A stretch of 64,000 bases of DNA. Origin: Octopus vulgaris (taxonomy: Eukaryota). The notes under the pieces are model-generated. The model made no database searches and was not told the DNA's origin. It saw nothing but the letters and a program-made list of their open reading frames with translations. How positions within the stretch are numbered: the first letter of the stretch is position 1; each line of letters starts with the position of its first letter. Location: NCBI GenBank assembly GCA_951406725.2, contig OX597818.1, positions 15,500,001 to 15,564,000 on the forward strand, written 5' to 3'. Below are positions 23,534 to 36,975 of this stretch, in pieces. Position numbers and translations under genes: made by a program.

Positions 23534-25247
23534 CTAAGAAAAGATGCAATAAAAAATTACAAAAATAGTGAAGTCTTGAGATACTTTACACATCTTAGAG
23601 AAAAAATATTCATGGAATGAAGGCACATTTATAAAATATAAGATGCTTGAGTTGACACATAGGATTCCTGCGTGTTGCTCAAAGGTCAGATCACTTGTGG
23701 GAACATGCACTGTTGCAGTACATTGTTGCATTTGTCATTTGGTTGCATATTCCTAGGTCCTCCTAGGTAACCTGTGGAGCACAGTTCCCATCTCCACAAG
23801 ATACCACCTCATTTGCTGTGACCATGTAGCACATGGCCAACCAATACAAGCTGTTAACCCTGCCAGATCTCTCAATGAAGAGAACACGGTAAGCAGGCTC
23901 TAACTCAACAAATTGAGCAACATGGCCAAACAGTCTGAGCTGGCACTCTCAAATCATATGACCAATGGTAACCATTATCCTGCAAAGCATCCTAGTACCA
24001 AAGATATAGACATAAGAATTCTTTTCATTAGGAAGCAGGGCCTGAATGAGATTGGTGTAGCTATTATGATACAGAAGCTGCCGTCATACAATTTAACAGG
24101 CTAAAGTTATCCAAGCTTCCAGACTATTTTGTTAAACTAAGGGACAAGCTAAGTTTACCAACCATGTAGGCAATGCAAAGAGCTAGAATAAAAACTGCAA
24201 GGCATCGGTTTTGCCATAGCTGATCTCAACACTAGATAAGAAAAGAGGAGAGGGAGTAGACATTGGTTAGCAGTCCTGCACAATGAATTTTCTACATTGC
24301 TACTGAAATGCCAACAAGGGAAGACATGAGACCAGTTCTAATAAGGAGAGAAGGTCTTCAGAGATTGCATATAAGGCAATTAAGTTATAAAGCTGAGAGA
24401 AAGAAGCACAGGCCAACTCCGACACTGGGGGACAACTGCAATCCACTACCAAAAATTGAAACAAATGGCAATCTCTTGCTGGTCCCCTCCATGCTTCACA
24501 TAGACTCCAAGGAATTAAGTATCTGCTCTAATGGTCCTACAGTTCTACCAATCCATCAGTCAAGGTAGTACTTTATTTATTGACATTTGGCAGGATGAAA
24601 AGCAAATTGGTAGGATTTGAACTCAGACCACTGGATATCAGAACATAGACTGCAAGACATTCTATGAGATACTCTGACAAATCTGCCCATTTGTTGCTGT
24701 TGCTGGTGATGGTGGTGGTGTGGTGAGTTTTATTATCAGATTCTTCCTTGTAAACAACAAACCAAAAAGGAAGAATTGCAATAGCATCAAATGGGATGCT
24801 TTATTCCATGTATCCCATCTCTTTGATGGCAATGCTTGTCACAACACTGGTGCCAAGTTTTAATGTCTTACCCCCACCAACCTTTCTCTTGAACAACATC
24901 AGTAGTATGAAGTGGAGTGGGAAGGGTTGCAAGCATTGACAACTGCAGGTCTTCCTTCATCATATCATCATCATCATCTTTTAATGTCTCCCTCTCATGC
25001 TGGCATGGCTTGGGCAGTTTGACAGGATCTGAGAGATCAGAGAACTATGTTATGCTCACCATACCCAGATCTGTGGCTTGGGTGGGGAGAGCATTTGAGA
25101 TGTTAATCCTCAATCGTATGAGACATCCAGAGACTCTAGATATAAGACAAGTAGTCTTCAACTTGGGATTATAGCTATTAGAGGTAACTTAGCATACAAG
25201 TAAAAAAAAAATTACTTCAGTTTGTAAGGAATTACTTAAATTTGGTG

Positions 25248-25579
25248 CATGACTTAGTAGTTAAAGTTCCAAGCTCACAATCATGAGGTAGTGAGTTTAA
25301 TTCCCAGACCAGGTTGTGCATTGTGTTCTTGAGCTAGACACTTTATTTCATGTTGCTTCAGTTCACTCAGCTGTAAAAATGAGGTGTGATATCATTGATA
25401 CCAAGCTGTATCAGCCTTTGCCTTTCTCTTGGATAACATCAGTGGAATGGAGGTAGGAAGCTGGTATGCATGGGTGACAGCTGGTCTTTCATAAGCAACC
25501 TTGCCCAGACTTATGCCTCAGAGGGTAACTTTCTAGGTGCGATCCCATGGTCATTCATGACCGAACGGGGTCTTTACCT
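25248..25579 (+). mobile_element. tRNA-derived SINE family B with 16-bp TSD
   Basis: Homologous to 47351-47692; flanked by TTACTTAAATTTGGTG at 25232-47 and 25580-95. Confidence 0.8.
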
Positions 25580-25785
25580 TTACTTAAATTTGGTGATAGT
25601 ATTTATGGAGAGGCAGGGTTATTGGAGGTGGTGATAGTAGTGATGACAATGCTGATAATGACAAATATTATACCTACAACAAGGACGGTGCTGCAGGAAG
25701 TGGTAGTGGTTAGGATAGAGATGATAATAGCAACAATATTAACCCTTTTAAGTCCGAAATGACACAAGTAAAGATATTGACTTAC

Positions 25786-25916
25786 ATGCAACGCGAGGAG
25801 TTTCCACTCTGAAGACATGTAGCCCCATTTAAACAGGGTTTACTATCACATTCATTGACAAATGCTGGTAAGCATGGACATGTACCATTCTCTTGGATAC
25901 CTTGGCAAGGATTTTC
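25786..25916 (-). CDS. Exon 13: EGF
   Basis: ENPCQGIQENGTCPCLPAFVNECDSKPCLNGATCLQSGNSSRC; phase 0 to 2. Confidence 0.9.
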
Positions 25917-25930
25917 CTGAAACAATAAAT

Positions 25931-25966
<36 letters not shown>

Positions 25967-26047
25967 AAAACAGTAAATAAATAAAATGTGAAGCACAATG
26001 CTGAAGACATTTAATTGTGTTTTTATTAATGATAAAGTAGATAACTG

Positions 26048-26350
26048 TGGAGGGGCAATGGCCCAGTGGTTAGGGCAGCAGACTTGCGGTTGGAGAATTG
26101 TGGTTTCAATTCCCAGACCTGGGTGTTGTATGTGTTTATTGAGCGAAAACACCTAAAAGTTCCACAAGGCTCTGGCAGGGGGTGGTGGTGACCCCTGTTG
26201 TACTCTTTCACCACAACTTTCTCTCACTCTCTCTTCCTGTTTCTTGAGGAATGCTGTGATGGACTAGCATCCCATCCAGCTGGGGGGAACACATACACCA
26301 CAGAAACCAGGAAACCGGACCCATGAGCCTGGCTAGGCTTGAAAAGGGCG
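26048..26350 (+). mobile_element. tRNA-derived SINE family C
   Basis: A-box TGGCCCAGTGG and B-box-like GGTTTCAATTCC followed by a non-tRNA body. Confidence 0.65.
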
Positions 26351-26759
26351 ACATTTATCGTAGATAACTCTACTTGCCTCAGAATGTGTGTCTCTAACAA
26401 CAGGGTCAACTCCAACTATGGAGCTTCTCTATAGTCAGTTGGCCTGAAGAAAATAGCAGACAAATTTATCTCAAATCACATTTATTATTTTAAAAGAAAG
26501 TTTATATTTGACAGGATCTGGTGGGTTAGAGGACTGTGTTGTGTCCAGGATTTTTTGAATCTGAAAGGAGCTTTTCAAGTATAGATCCTTAGTCTCGTGT
26601 GACATTCAGTGGTTCTGGATATAACATTAGGTGTCTTCAGCATAGGATTATAACTGTTTGAGGTACCTTAGCTTAACATACAAGTAGAAAGAACTACTCC
26701 AGTTGGTACGGAACTACTTAAATTTAGTGGTAGGGAGATCAGCAGAAGTTATGAAGAGG

Positions 26760-26870
26760 GTGGTGGTGGCAGTGGTGGTGGTGGTGGTGGTGGCGGCGGC
26801 GGCAGCGGCGGCAGCGGCGGCAGCAGCGGCAGCGGCGGCAGCAGCGGCAGCGGTGGTGGTGGTGGTGGAG
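26760..26870. repeat. (GGT)n/(GGC)n/(GCA)n trinucleotide tract
   Basis: Direct inspection. Confidence 0.9.
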
Positions 26871-26960
26871 CCATTTTAATCAAGGAAGCTCTTTCTTCAT
26901 TTACATAAGCATCTAGGTAAAGGAAATCCTTATTATGATATGAAGTCCAATGCTGCTTAC

Positions 26961-27070
26961 CTTACAGTAAACTCCAGCTATTCCATTGACCAAACAATTA
27001 TGGTTTCTTGGATCAAAATTAGTGCAGTTGTTTGTTACATTAAAAGAGCAGACAGTTCTAGTTTCTTCAG
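26961..27070 (-). CDS. Exon 12: atypical Cys-rich linker/EGF-like
   Basis: AEETRTVCSFNVTNNCTNFDPRNHNCLVNGIAGVYCK|gtaagc; phase 1 to 0, bridging its neighbours exactly. Confidence 0.85.
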
Positions 27071-28029
27071 CTGTAAATATAAGTGAAAAAACTTTATTTA
27101 GAAGACAAAATGTTATTTTTTAAAAGAATAATGAGATATCAGAGTTACCACTTTTGTCGGTATTGGACAGCAGGGTATCTAATATATATATCGGTGCTTC
27201 AATTTTAACAGAACAGGTAAAACAGCCATCTAAGTGTCACACTCAATGCAAATATAGCGAGAAGCAAATTTATTGTAGCATTCATATTAGGAATGTCCCA
27301 GAAAAGAATTACTGGACAGGTTTTATGGGCAAAACCAACTGACCAGAAATCTAGAAGACTATGAACAAGATGGTTGGATAACATCCATGAGCTTGGTTGA
27401 CCTTGTTTGGGGATCCAGTCAGATCAATTGAACACTGTTGGTACTGACAAGATCTGATGGAAGGCAGTGTACTTGAGGACTCTTCTCCTACAACCTTCCA
27501 GGAATAAGCAAATGAAGAAGTGATGAAAGAGATTAACTGGAGATAAAATCTCTTATGGATGTGCTGTGTTTAAAAACACAGAATATATATCAGAGGCAGA
27601 TGCACGTCAGCCCAGTAGTGGCTGGTCAAAATGCTAAATGCACATCTCTACCTTGATGGGCATTATCAGTAACATGTACACACAACCAACTGCATGTCAA
27701 GACAAAATCAGTTGCTACTGATATTAGGAGAAACAGTGAATGAACATTCATTGGTGTTGCTAATAATTTCTTGACTGAATAAAAATCTGTTATGTGCAAT
27801 AGAACAATATTCATACAAACACACAAAACATACAAAAATATTGAATACTCAGAAGTAAAAACCCAAATAAAATATATCTGTATAAAACTGATTAGTGAAA
27901 ATATTAAATCACATGTACCTTGGGCAAGTGTCTTCTGCTATAACTTAAAGCAAACCAAAGGTTTGTAAGTGAATTTGGCAGATGGAAACTGGGCAAAGCT
28001 TGTTGTACATGCACACACACACACATATA

Positions 28030-28085
<56 letters not shown>

Positions 28086-28456
28086 CATATGGCTAAACCT
28101 TGCTAAGATAAATATTTCAATTAACCTGAAGATTGACTGTAACCATAACTCGAATTATTACGAATTGTACAGCCATGAAATGATCGTAGTGTTTTACTCT
28201 TTATCTTTTATTAAACTTTTAATACTTTTGTTATATATTTAAAATAATATAAATGAATTAATTTTATGTATTGGCTTATGTTTTTCATTGTTTGATTTGC
28301 CTAATAGTGGTTTTATCTCTAATTTAATATAACATAATATAATATATTTTACTATAAAATTGGATTTAATCCTAAATCTGATTTTTCCCTGTAAGTTTGG
28401 ATTTATTCCCTAATATTTTATAATATATATATATATATATATATATACATACACAC

Positions 28457-28512
<56 letters not shown>

Positions 28513-28516
<4 letters not shown>

Positions 28517-29377
28517 GGGGTACCCAAAAATAACCAGAAACATTCTCTATGGAACAAACCCATTGTAGTTCAAGATTCTACTGCTAGATGCCACTTGATG
28601 TGACCCTCAGGCAACAATCTACTGACTGGCATTGTCAAATAAAGTCCTACTGCCATGTGAAGTGTCTTTGATTTACAGTGCTTCTCCCCTATTAGTTGAT
28701 TTTTGCAATGGTTGAAATGAGGGAACCGTGTACTTCCATGAAATTCTGTTTTCTGCCAGAGAAAACAGCGACTGAAACAGTTGTCATGCTTCAAACAGCT
28801 TACAAGGATGCTGCCATGAGAAAAACACAAGTTTGCGAGTGGTTTCCATGCTTCACTTGTCTCTTGAAGCCCAATTTCATTCAAGATGACCATCAACCTC
28901 CTGAACAAATGGAAACATGAAAACTCACGAACTGATCTTGGAGGACTGTCACCAAACAACTGATAAACTTGTTGATATGACTGGTGTGTCCTGGAGTACC
29001 TGCCAATGAATTTTGAGTGAGGAATTGTGAATGGAAAGAGTTGCAGCAAAATTTGTACCTCACTTGCTCACGGAAGATCAAAAGCTGTCACAATTGAATG
29101 CATGTTGTGAACTGAAAGAACAGCTGGAAGTTGATCTGGACCTTTTTTCAAGATCATCACTAGTAATAGAAGCTGGTGCTATGGAATTTGCAGATGTGGA
29201 AGAGGTAAAGGAAAAAACAACGGGAGCTTTAAAAGGCATCACTTCACAAGAGTAGAGTTCCAGTACTGCTTCAAATAGTAGAAAACACACCTGGACATTG
29301 CTTCAAATAGAGAATACTTTGAAGGTGATAAAAAGTGTAAACTTGTAAAATTCCAGCTTCTTTTGGGTACCCCCTCA
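28513..29377 (+). mobile_element. Internally deleted mariner (Tc1/mariner) transposon
   Basis: TIRs TGAGGGGGTACCCAAAA / TTTTGGGTACCCCCTCA in TA context; transposase pieces MKFCFLPEKTATETVVMLQTAY..EWF and AKFVPHLLTEDQK. Confidence 0.9.
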
Positions 29378-29624
29378 TATATATATATATTTTTTTTTTT
29401 ATTTGTTTCATTTATTTGACTGCAGCCATGCTGGAGCACTGCTTTTAGCCGAAAAAATCAATGCCAGGATTTATTCTTTGTAAGCCTAGTACTTATTCTA
29501 TCAATCTCTTATGCTGAACTGCTAAGTTAGGAGAACATAAACACACCAACCTCAGTTGTCAAGTGATAGTGGGGGAACAAACACAGACACACAAATATAT
29601 ACACACACATATACAAATATATAC

Positions 29625-29681
<57 letters not shown>

Positions 29682-29969
29682 CTGTAAAAATACATAAATC
29701 CTAAAGAAGCGTACACTAAGGGGCCAACAGGTTTTGGGATCTGACAATATGCCATAAAGCTAAACACATTATGGACAGAAAACATAAGGCAATCCCATAA
29801 ACCAGTCTTCCCCATATATTTCAGTGAAGCTTTACTTAGCATTGTAACATTATTGACTGCTATTTCCAGCAAACATTGGTGCCTTGTCGTACCACTATTT
29901 CTTATTTATGTTTCTACTTTTATTGTGCTTTATTTGGCTGGAAAGTGATGCTATTGTATTGCAATGATA

Positions 29970-30008
<39 letters not shown>

Positions 30009-30387
30009 CACAACTACCAAAATATCTTGAGTTTCCAATAAAGAAGCTTTGGTTTTAGGTTAAGATCAGTTTTGCTTTTCTATTGGAAAGAAATTTTAAA
30101 TACAAAACCATCACACACATAAACACACATAGACACACACAAACATGCATGCACAAACACATGCATATATGCACACACAAACATAAATGTACATGCTCAC
30201 ACACACACATGCACACATACACATCATATAAGTGTCGTGGCCAATCAGAATAGACAATGTCTCAGTTGGCAGCATTTAAATGTTTTAGCTAATTATTTTT
30301 AGGTGCACATTTAATGGCAAGCAGACATGGACACCCAGTCAGCCCTCCCACCTTTGACCCAGAAAAACATCCAGGATGTGTCAGCAT

Positions 30388-30421
<34 letters not shown>

Positions 30422-30728
30422 GAGACAGAGAAATGAAGGAGGACCAGAGGGTGATAGAGGAGAGAATAGTGAGAGAGAAAAAGAATTCAGCTGGTATGTT
30501 TTTATTGACCATAAAAATATGGAAAGCAAATTTGACCTCTGCTGCATTTGAACATATGGCACAGAGACCTAAAATAAACAATGCAACATGTGTTACCCAA
30601 TGCTCTAATGAGTCTGCCAATTAACCACCACACATACATACATACATACATACACACATATACATACTCACTAACATACACACACTCATATAAACACATG
30701 TTAAATGAATTACTGAAATAGTATTTAC

Positions 30729-30962
30729 CTTTAGTTTGATTGGAATTAGAGACACATTGGTATATACCTTTGTCTTCTTGGCATACAGTTCCATTTTGAC
30801 AAGTGAGATTGCCACACGCTTTAGAATTATATTGACAAAGGGACCCTTCATATCCCGGATTGCACTGACATGAAATAGTACCTTTATTTTCAATGCATGT
30901 GCCACCATTTTGGCAAGTTATAGTTTTGCAAGAATTTATAGGAACACATAGTCCATTATTAT
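30729..30962 (-). CDS. Exon 11: EGF x2, second one incomplete
   Basis: DNNGLCVPINSCKTITCQNGGTCIENKGTISCQCNPGYEGSLCQ...CGNLTCQNGTVCQEDKGIYQCVSNSNQTK; phase 1 to 1. Confidence 0.92.
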
Positions 30963-31185
30963 CTGTTAAAAATAATTTTTTTGAAAGGAATTACTTTGGC
31001 AGATTTATTATTATAACTTTTTTTATTATTATTGATAGACAGTGAGATGTATAGGTGAAGGAAGTTATCCATCTACAAGAGTGATGTCACTCTAAGAAAT
31101 TTGGAAACTGGGAGAGAAGAGACAGAAACTCATCTGTGCCACTTTAGGGTGCAATCTACTGGGTCATTTATGCTTTAGTGTGCAA

Positions 31186-31405
31186 TCTAACCCTAACCCT
31201 TAACTTGAACCCAAACCTTACCTTAAATCTAACCCTAACCTTTCTCTAAACTCTAACCTTATACTAAACACTAAACTTTATCCTAAACTCTAACCATGAC
31301 CTTAACCCTAAACCCTAACCTTACACTAAATGCTAACCCTAAACCCTAACCATAACCCTAACTCTATACCTTACCTCTAACTCTAATCTTAAACCTTAAC
31401 CCTTA
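31186..31405. repeat. Degenerate telomere-like (CCCTAA)n tract
   Basis: Imperfect AACCCT/AACCTT/AACTCT hexamers. Confidence 0.8.
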
Positions 31406-31414
31406 CGTCTACAC

Positions 31415-31710
31415 TAGGGGTTCTCAGCCATTTTTTGTCTACGGACCCCTTTGATTCTTATGTTACTTGTGTGGATCCCTATAACCATTTGCTGTTTAAA
31501 AAATCCTTTCATATTTTAATAATTAAATATTATTAGGTCTTGTGTTAAAATTTTTTCAATATTTTGTGTTTTGTAAACATATAATCAATTCAATGGTCTG
31601 AAGTACAATTTTTTTCATGGCTCCTGAAAAGTTACCATGGACACCCAATTTACTATATTGCATCCATAAACTCACCAAAATCTTGTATGGACCCTGGTTG
31701 AGAACCCCTG
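31415..31710. mobile_element. hAT (Charlie-like) MITE
   Basis: TIRs TAGGGGTTCTCA / TGAGAACCCCTG; 8-bp TSD GTCTACAC / CTCTACAC. Confidence 0.85.
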
Positions 31711-32377
31711 CTCTACACCATAACCCTAACCAAAATCCAGATCAGGTCTTTTCACAAGTAGCACAAACTCATCTCAGCCCAACAGCTACCACAGTTGAAG
31801 GCTCTAATAAAAAATATCACCAAGTGTTTAAATCAAAGGAAAAAATATACAAATTTGAAAATGATTGGAGCTTAGACAGATATTTAAAAGCATTGAGAAA
31901 TAAATAGATACTTAAAGTGATTATAAAATTACAGATTTATTTAAATGATTTGGAAAGTATAAAAATTTTAGAATAATCAGAAGTTTTGAAAATTATTAGA
32001 ACAAATACAGTTTTTTTTTTTTGAATATTGGAAAAAATGTACTAGAATTTTTTTTAATTACTGAGAAAAAGTAGTTATTTTAAATATTTTAAAATGTATA
32101 TGGATATTTAAAATGGTTGGGAAACCAAACTGATTTTTTAAAAATGGTTGGGAGAATACAAGTTTTTAAAATTATTGGAGAAATATACAGTTTTATTTTT
32201 TAATAATGGAGAGAAAATATATAGACTTTTACTATAATTAGGAAAATGTAGAGAGGTTTTTAAAATAATTGTGGAAAAAATTAGATTTTTACAATAACTG
32301 AAAATATACAGGTTTTGAAATTGTTTAATAAAATATAGAAAGGTTTAAAACAAATATGTAAGATATACTTAAAATAT

Positions 32378-32604
32378 TAACTGTTTAGTGTTTAAACTGG
32401 CCATATCTAGCCAAAATATTCTACCCATTTTATTTTCAAACAAGCCAGGTCTGGCTTCTCACACCTACCCTACAATGTCAGTCTAAAACTAAACAGTTAC
32501 TTCATCAAAATCTCAAAGCTACAAGATAATAGATGATAAATTCAAAGCAATGCAAATAAATAAGCATTACATTTGACAGAATAATCTGAATGCTAAAGGG
32601 TTAA
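32378..32604. mobile_element. piggyBac-like MITE
   Basis: Ends ..TGCTAAAGGGTTAA with TTAA at both sides; related copies near 35455-35860 and 60547-60822. Confidence 0.6.
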
Positions 32605-32632
32605 ACAGTTAAAAGTCAAAATTTTAACCAAC

Positions 32633-32845
32633 CTTTGTAGAAATTTGGGTAACATACACACATAGCATTGTTTGTGGAAGAGTCTGGAATACATTTTGAG
32701 TTGCTTGTACAGTTAACAAGACTACATGGGTCACTATACAATTCACAGAATCTTCCTGAGAATCCTGATTGACAACTGCAGCTAAACATGTCGAGTAAAT
32801 TTGTACAGGTACCATTATTCAAACATGGGCTGGATTGACATTCAT
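32633..32845 (-). CDS. Exon 10: EGF x2, first one Ca-binding type
   Basis: DECQSSPCLNNGTCTNLLDMFSCSCQSGFSGRFCE...CVCYPNFYK; phase 1 to 1. Confidence 0.95.
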
Positions 32846-34358
32846 CTAAAAGACAACATTAACATCAAACTTGAATAAATATTATCTACACAATTTCACT
32901 TTTGCTTTATTATGAAATGAAAGATTATAATCTTCACTGGTAACAGATTTTTTTTTAATGAATTGTATGAGATTAGAATTGATTAGTTGACCTGATCAAC
33001 ACCTTTCATTTACAATATATTCTTTATCCTCAAGAAATGGAACAACAGCTATTTTCTCAGTTAACCTGCAGTCTGCTTGTAATATAAATATATATCCCAG
33101 GTTTCGGCATCCGGTGGCTGGACTATGTTGGTGTTAGGAAGGGCATCCAGCTGTTCCTCTGTATGTAGCATATCAGAAGTGCTATTTCTCAGTCATTTTA
33201 CAAAGCAATTCCACTGAATTGTTAAATATTCATTGCCTGTATTGACCACATAGTTTTAAGTTGTAACCAAATTCCCTGCCCATATATTATTAACTCTTTG
33301 AAGATGGAGCCTCATTTGGAGTTCCAGTGCCAAGAAGATGGAACCCTTTACACAAGCCCTACAGAGGGCATGCACTTAATTTTTTTTAAAATATCATTTT
33401 AAAAAATAAGTAATTACTTTACATACATAAAACTATATATATTCTTGTAGGAAATTGAGTGAACTAATACAATCTTCTTCACCATTCAAATCTTCAGCTG
33501 AGAGATTGGCCATCGTCTCCTAAGGGTTAATCATTTCATCATTTTAAAGTGATAATCCATACACATTTTTTCTTTCTCCATTTTTTTTGTTCTTCATTTT
33601 ATTTCAACAAATCACTTTCTGTCAAAGAGCATAGACTCAAAACATCAAAGACTATACCATTCTTCCTAGACATCAAACTAATACACCTACTTGTTGTTGC
33701 CTCACCTGTCTTTGTCTTTTGTTCTCTACAAATTTGAACTACTTGTATCAAACAAGTTCATTTCTCAAATGGCATAGAAATATAATGCTCCACATTTTTA
33801 ATTTCTCAAAGACAACAAGTATTGAGTTATTATTATTTATAATTGTCTCCAGAACAAGATGTACAAGTGCTGGTGTAACCATCTCATTAAAAACTTCATT
33901 TTGCAATCATGAGATTGAGGTTCAATTCCATAGCACAGCACCTTAGTGGGCTTAATTTGTCACTCATTTTAATACCCACACCTAATCCTTACATTAATCT
34001 CATCGCTAATTTAGTATAAATCCAATATATGATGATGATCATCATCATCATTATCATTTAACGTCCACTTTCCATGCTAGCATGGGTTGGACGATTTAAC
34101 TGAGGGCTGGCGAACTAGATGGCTGCACCAGGTTCCAATCTTGATCTGGCAGAGTTTCTACAGATGGATGCCCTTCCTAATGCCAACCACTCCGAGAGTG
34201 TAGTGGGTGCATTTATATGCCACCGGCCATTTCATTACCATATCTCTTCCAGCTAAATAAATTATATTCACATTTTTATTTTCCTTTTAAACACACAAGA
34301 AAATTATAAAGTAATTAATTAATGTAGTTTGAAAAAAATTTAAATCAATGAACCATAC

Positions 34359-34489
34359 CAATATCAATATTGCAGAGTTCTCCAGTATACCCTGAAGGAC
34401 ATTCACAATAGAAATTTTTGCCATGAAGAATACATGTAGCATTGCTGTGACATGGTGACGAACTACAGGGACTTGTGGTTTCATTACAA
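34359..34489 (-). CDS. Exon 9: EGF
   Basis: CNETTSPCSSSPCHSNATCILHGKNFYCECPSGYTGELCNIDI; phase 2 to 1. Confidence 0.95.
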
Positions 34490-35622
34490 CTGAAATTAGA
34501 CAGATTTTATAGTTGTAAAGCATTTAAATTATTGTCAATCTTGAACAAGGATTTTGTGTGTTTGTGTATGTATACTTGTGAGTGCGTCTATATATGTAGG
34601 TAGGTATGTAGGTATCTACAGAGATACAAATATGGTCAAATATTCAAGAATTTCATTTCACAATCATGAGGTCCTAGTTAAGTATCTTCTTCCATAACTT
34701 CATATCAACCCAATTCTTACAGGTTAGAATTAAAGAGAAATTTAGTGATGATATGTTTCTGATGGTGTGTGAATAGTGTTACAATTCAGTATTGAGTTGA
34801 TACAGATCAAATGAATACAAATTCTAATGAGGTTTTAAATGCAAAAATATTTATTTATCATTAACAAATTAATATTATTGTTACTACAAACAGCAAAGAA
34901 AAGATGGTTACACAAGTAAAAAAGTTTGAAGTTCATATGAGATGTTGTTGGATCAGATATAAAAGTAGTTGTGTGTTTCATGGAGTTAGCTGATTAAGGT
35001 GTGTTGCTGCCACCATCACCATGGTGTTAACCATTGTTGTTAATCATTGTTGTTAACCATTTTGGTGCCACAGACAGTTCTCTGCTGCTATCAGCTGTCT
35101 GCTCTAGTTTCCACTCATTAGTGGTTAAAATGCAGGAAATATATAGCCAGTGCTCTTGGTCAGAAAAAGCACACCAAAGATTTAATCCTGTTCCACCAGA
35201 ATTTTTGAATGGTTAAAATTTTGATGGCATCGGTAACATTTGAGTGAATCACATTCAAGTAATTTGATCTTTTGTATCAAATCCACTGATCTGGGTTCAA
35301 TTTCTAGGTGTTTTGTGATTACTAAATATTCCTACAACCAAGAGAAACTGCATGAAAGTGCATCAGAGAGATTGTGTCTGTAATTCTGTGTTCTAGCCTT
35401 ATCACACACTATGTCATGCTGACCCTACCTGAGGATTACTCTAATCCTTTAAGTTGTTTTATGTTCAAAACAGCTAAATCAAGCTTCTCACACCTACCAT
35501 ACAATGTAACTCTAAAAATAAACAATTATATCATTGAAATCACAAAGCTATAAGATAAGGCATGATTAATTCAAAATAATGTTCATAAACAAGCATTACA
35601 TTTGACAGAGTATAAACTGAAT

Positions 35623-35835
35623 CTTTTCTACTCTAGGTATAAGGCCCGAAATTTTGGGGTAGGGGCCAGTCGATTAGATCGACCACAGTACACAACTGGT
35701 ATTTAATTTATTGACCCGAAAGGATGAAAGGCAAAGTTGACCTTGGTGGGACTTGAACTCAGAAAGTAAAGACAGACAAAATACTGCTAAGCATTTTGCC
35801 TGGTGTACTAACAATTCTGCCAGCTCACCACCTTA
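35623..35835 (-). mobile_element. SINE family D (Meta-SINE-like core) nested in a piggyBac-like MITE
   Basis: Core GAAAGGATGAAAGGCAAAGTTGACC; TSD AGAGTATAAACTGAAT / AGAGTATGAACTGAAT. Other copies near 11810, 38125, 40910, 47773, 59845 and 63355. Confidence 0.8.
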
Positions 35836-36489
35836 GAGTATGAACTGAATGCTAAAGGTCTAAAACGGTTTTTTTAACTATCATCTTATTTCTTTTACTA
35901 ATATTTTTTCAATTTCAAAACCTGCTTGCTACAATTCAACCCTAGCCCCTGTCTATAATGTACATACATGTAGTATCAGGCCAGAGCAATTATTTAGTTC
36001 CTGGTTCTAGAGTGATATGGGTGACTACTTATGGCAGCATTACTCTGAGATAAGTGAATGCTATAAGTGTAGGTGGTATACTGTTTTCATTATTTTTCTT
36101 ATTCACATTTCAAAGTCTGTTGTTGATGCTATTATTATTGTTATTATTGCAATTATGGCTAACAAGCAATTAATCATAATATTACACTTATAAGTTGATG
36201 CCTTTGTCTCTTGCATCCTTAAAAAACTATCCTCTTCCAAGGGAGCAGTATTGCTCATTTTGAGAAGCATTATATTAAAGTGAAAATATCAGTAGAATAT
36301 TTATTCACACTATAAAACAGTGATAGATAGCACCATTCATAAATAACAGAAAAACTCAACAGTCAGAAGGCCTAGACACCTCTTTATGTGTATATGTGTC
36401 TATATGTATCTCTATGTATGCTACTATGTGTGTAAGTGAGAATGTTTGGTTGTGTGTGAGTGTATGATTGTATGTCTACATGTATATAG

Positions 36490-36539
<50 letters not shown>

Positions 36540-36563
36540 ATATACTTTATTTAAAAAAAAAAA

Positions 36564-36601
36564 CTGTCCGACGAACAGGAACGTGAAACTCCGAGTAACA
36601 G
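36564..36601 (+). ncRNA. Degenerate minimal type I hammerhead in a Penelope-like terminal repeat
   Basis: CUGU CCGACGA AC..GU GAAAC UCCGA GUA^ACAG; U4 to C change in the core. Confidence 0.55.
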
Positions 36602-36839
36602 GTTTTGCTGAATTTCTGCTGTTTTTAAATAAAGCATATTACTCTACCCCTGGTATTTGAGTACTCTTTTTTCCACCTTGTTTCACATTTATGTGTTTAC
36701 TCCAGTATATGTATATATATGTAGTTTAGGGATACCATTATCTCTCCTTCCTACCAGTCTCAAAAGCCCTATAAAAAGTCGTGAACACAGCTTTCTTCCT
36801 CAAGATTAAGTAATTATATAATAAAATAAAACCACTTAC

Positions 36840-36975
36840 AAATCTCCAGTATACTGATTCCAAGAAGGACACAGGCATCTGAAGGTACTGTATAGATTCT
36901 GGCAGGTTCCATTATTTTTGCAACTATCCACCTTACAGTGATTAATATTCGTTTCACAGTTACGACCAACAAAAT
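36840..36975 (-). CDS. Exon 8: EGF
   Basis: NFVGRNCETNINHCKVDSCKNNGTCQNLYSTFRCLCPSWNQYTGD; phase 1 to 2. Confidence 0.95.
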
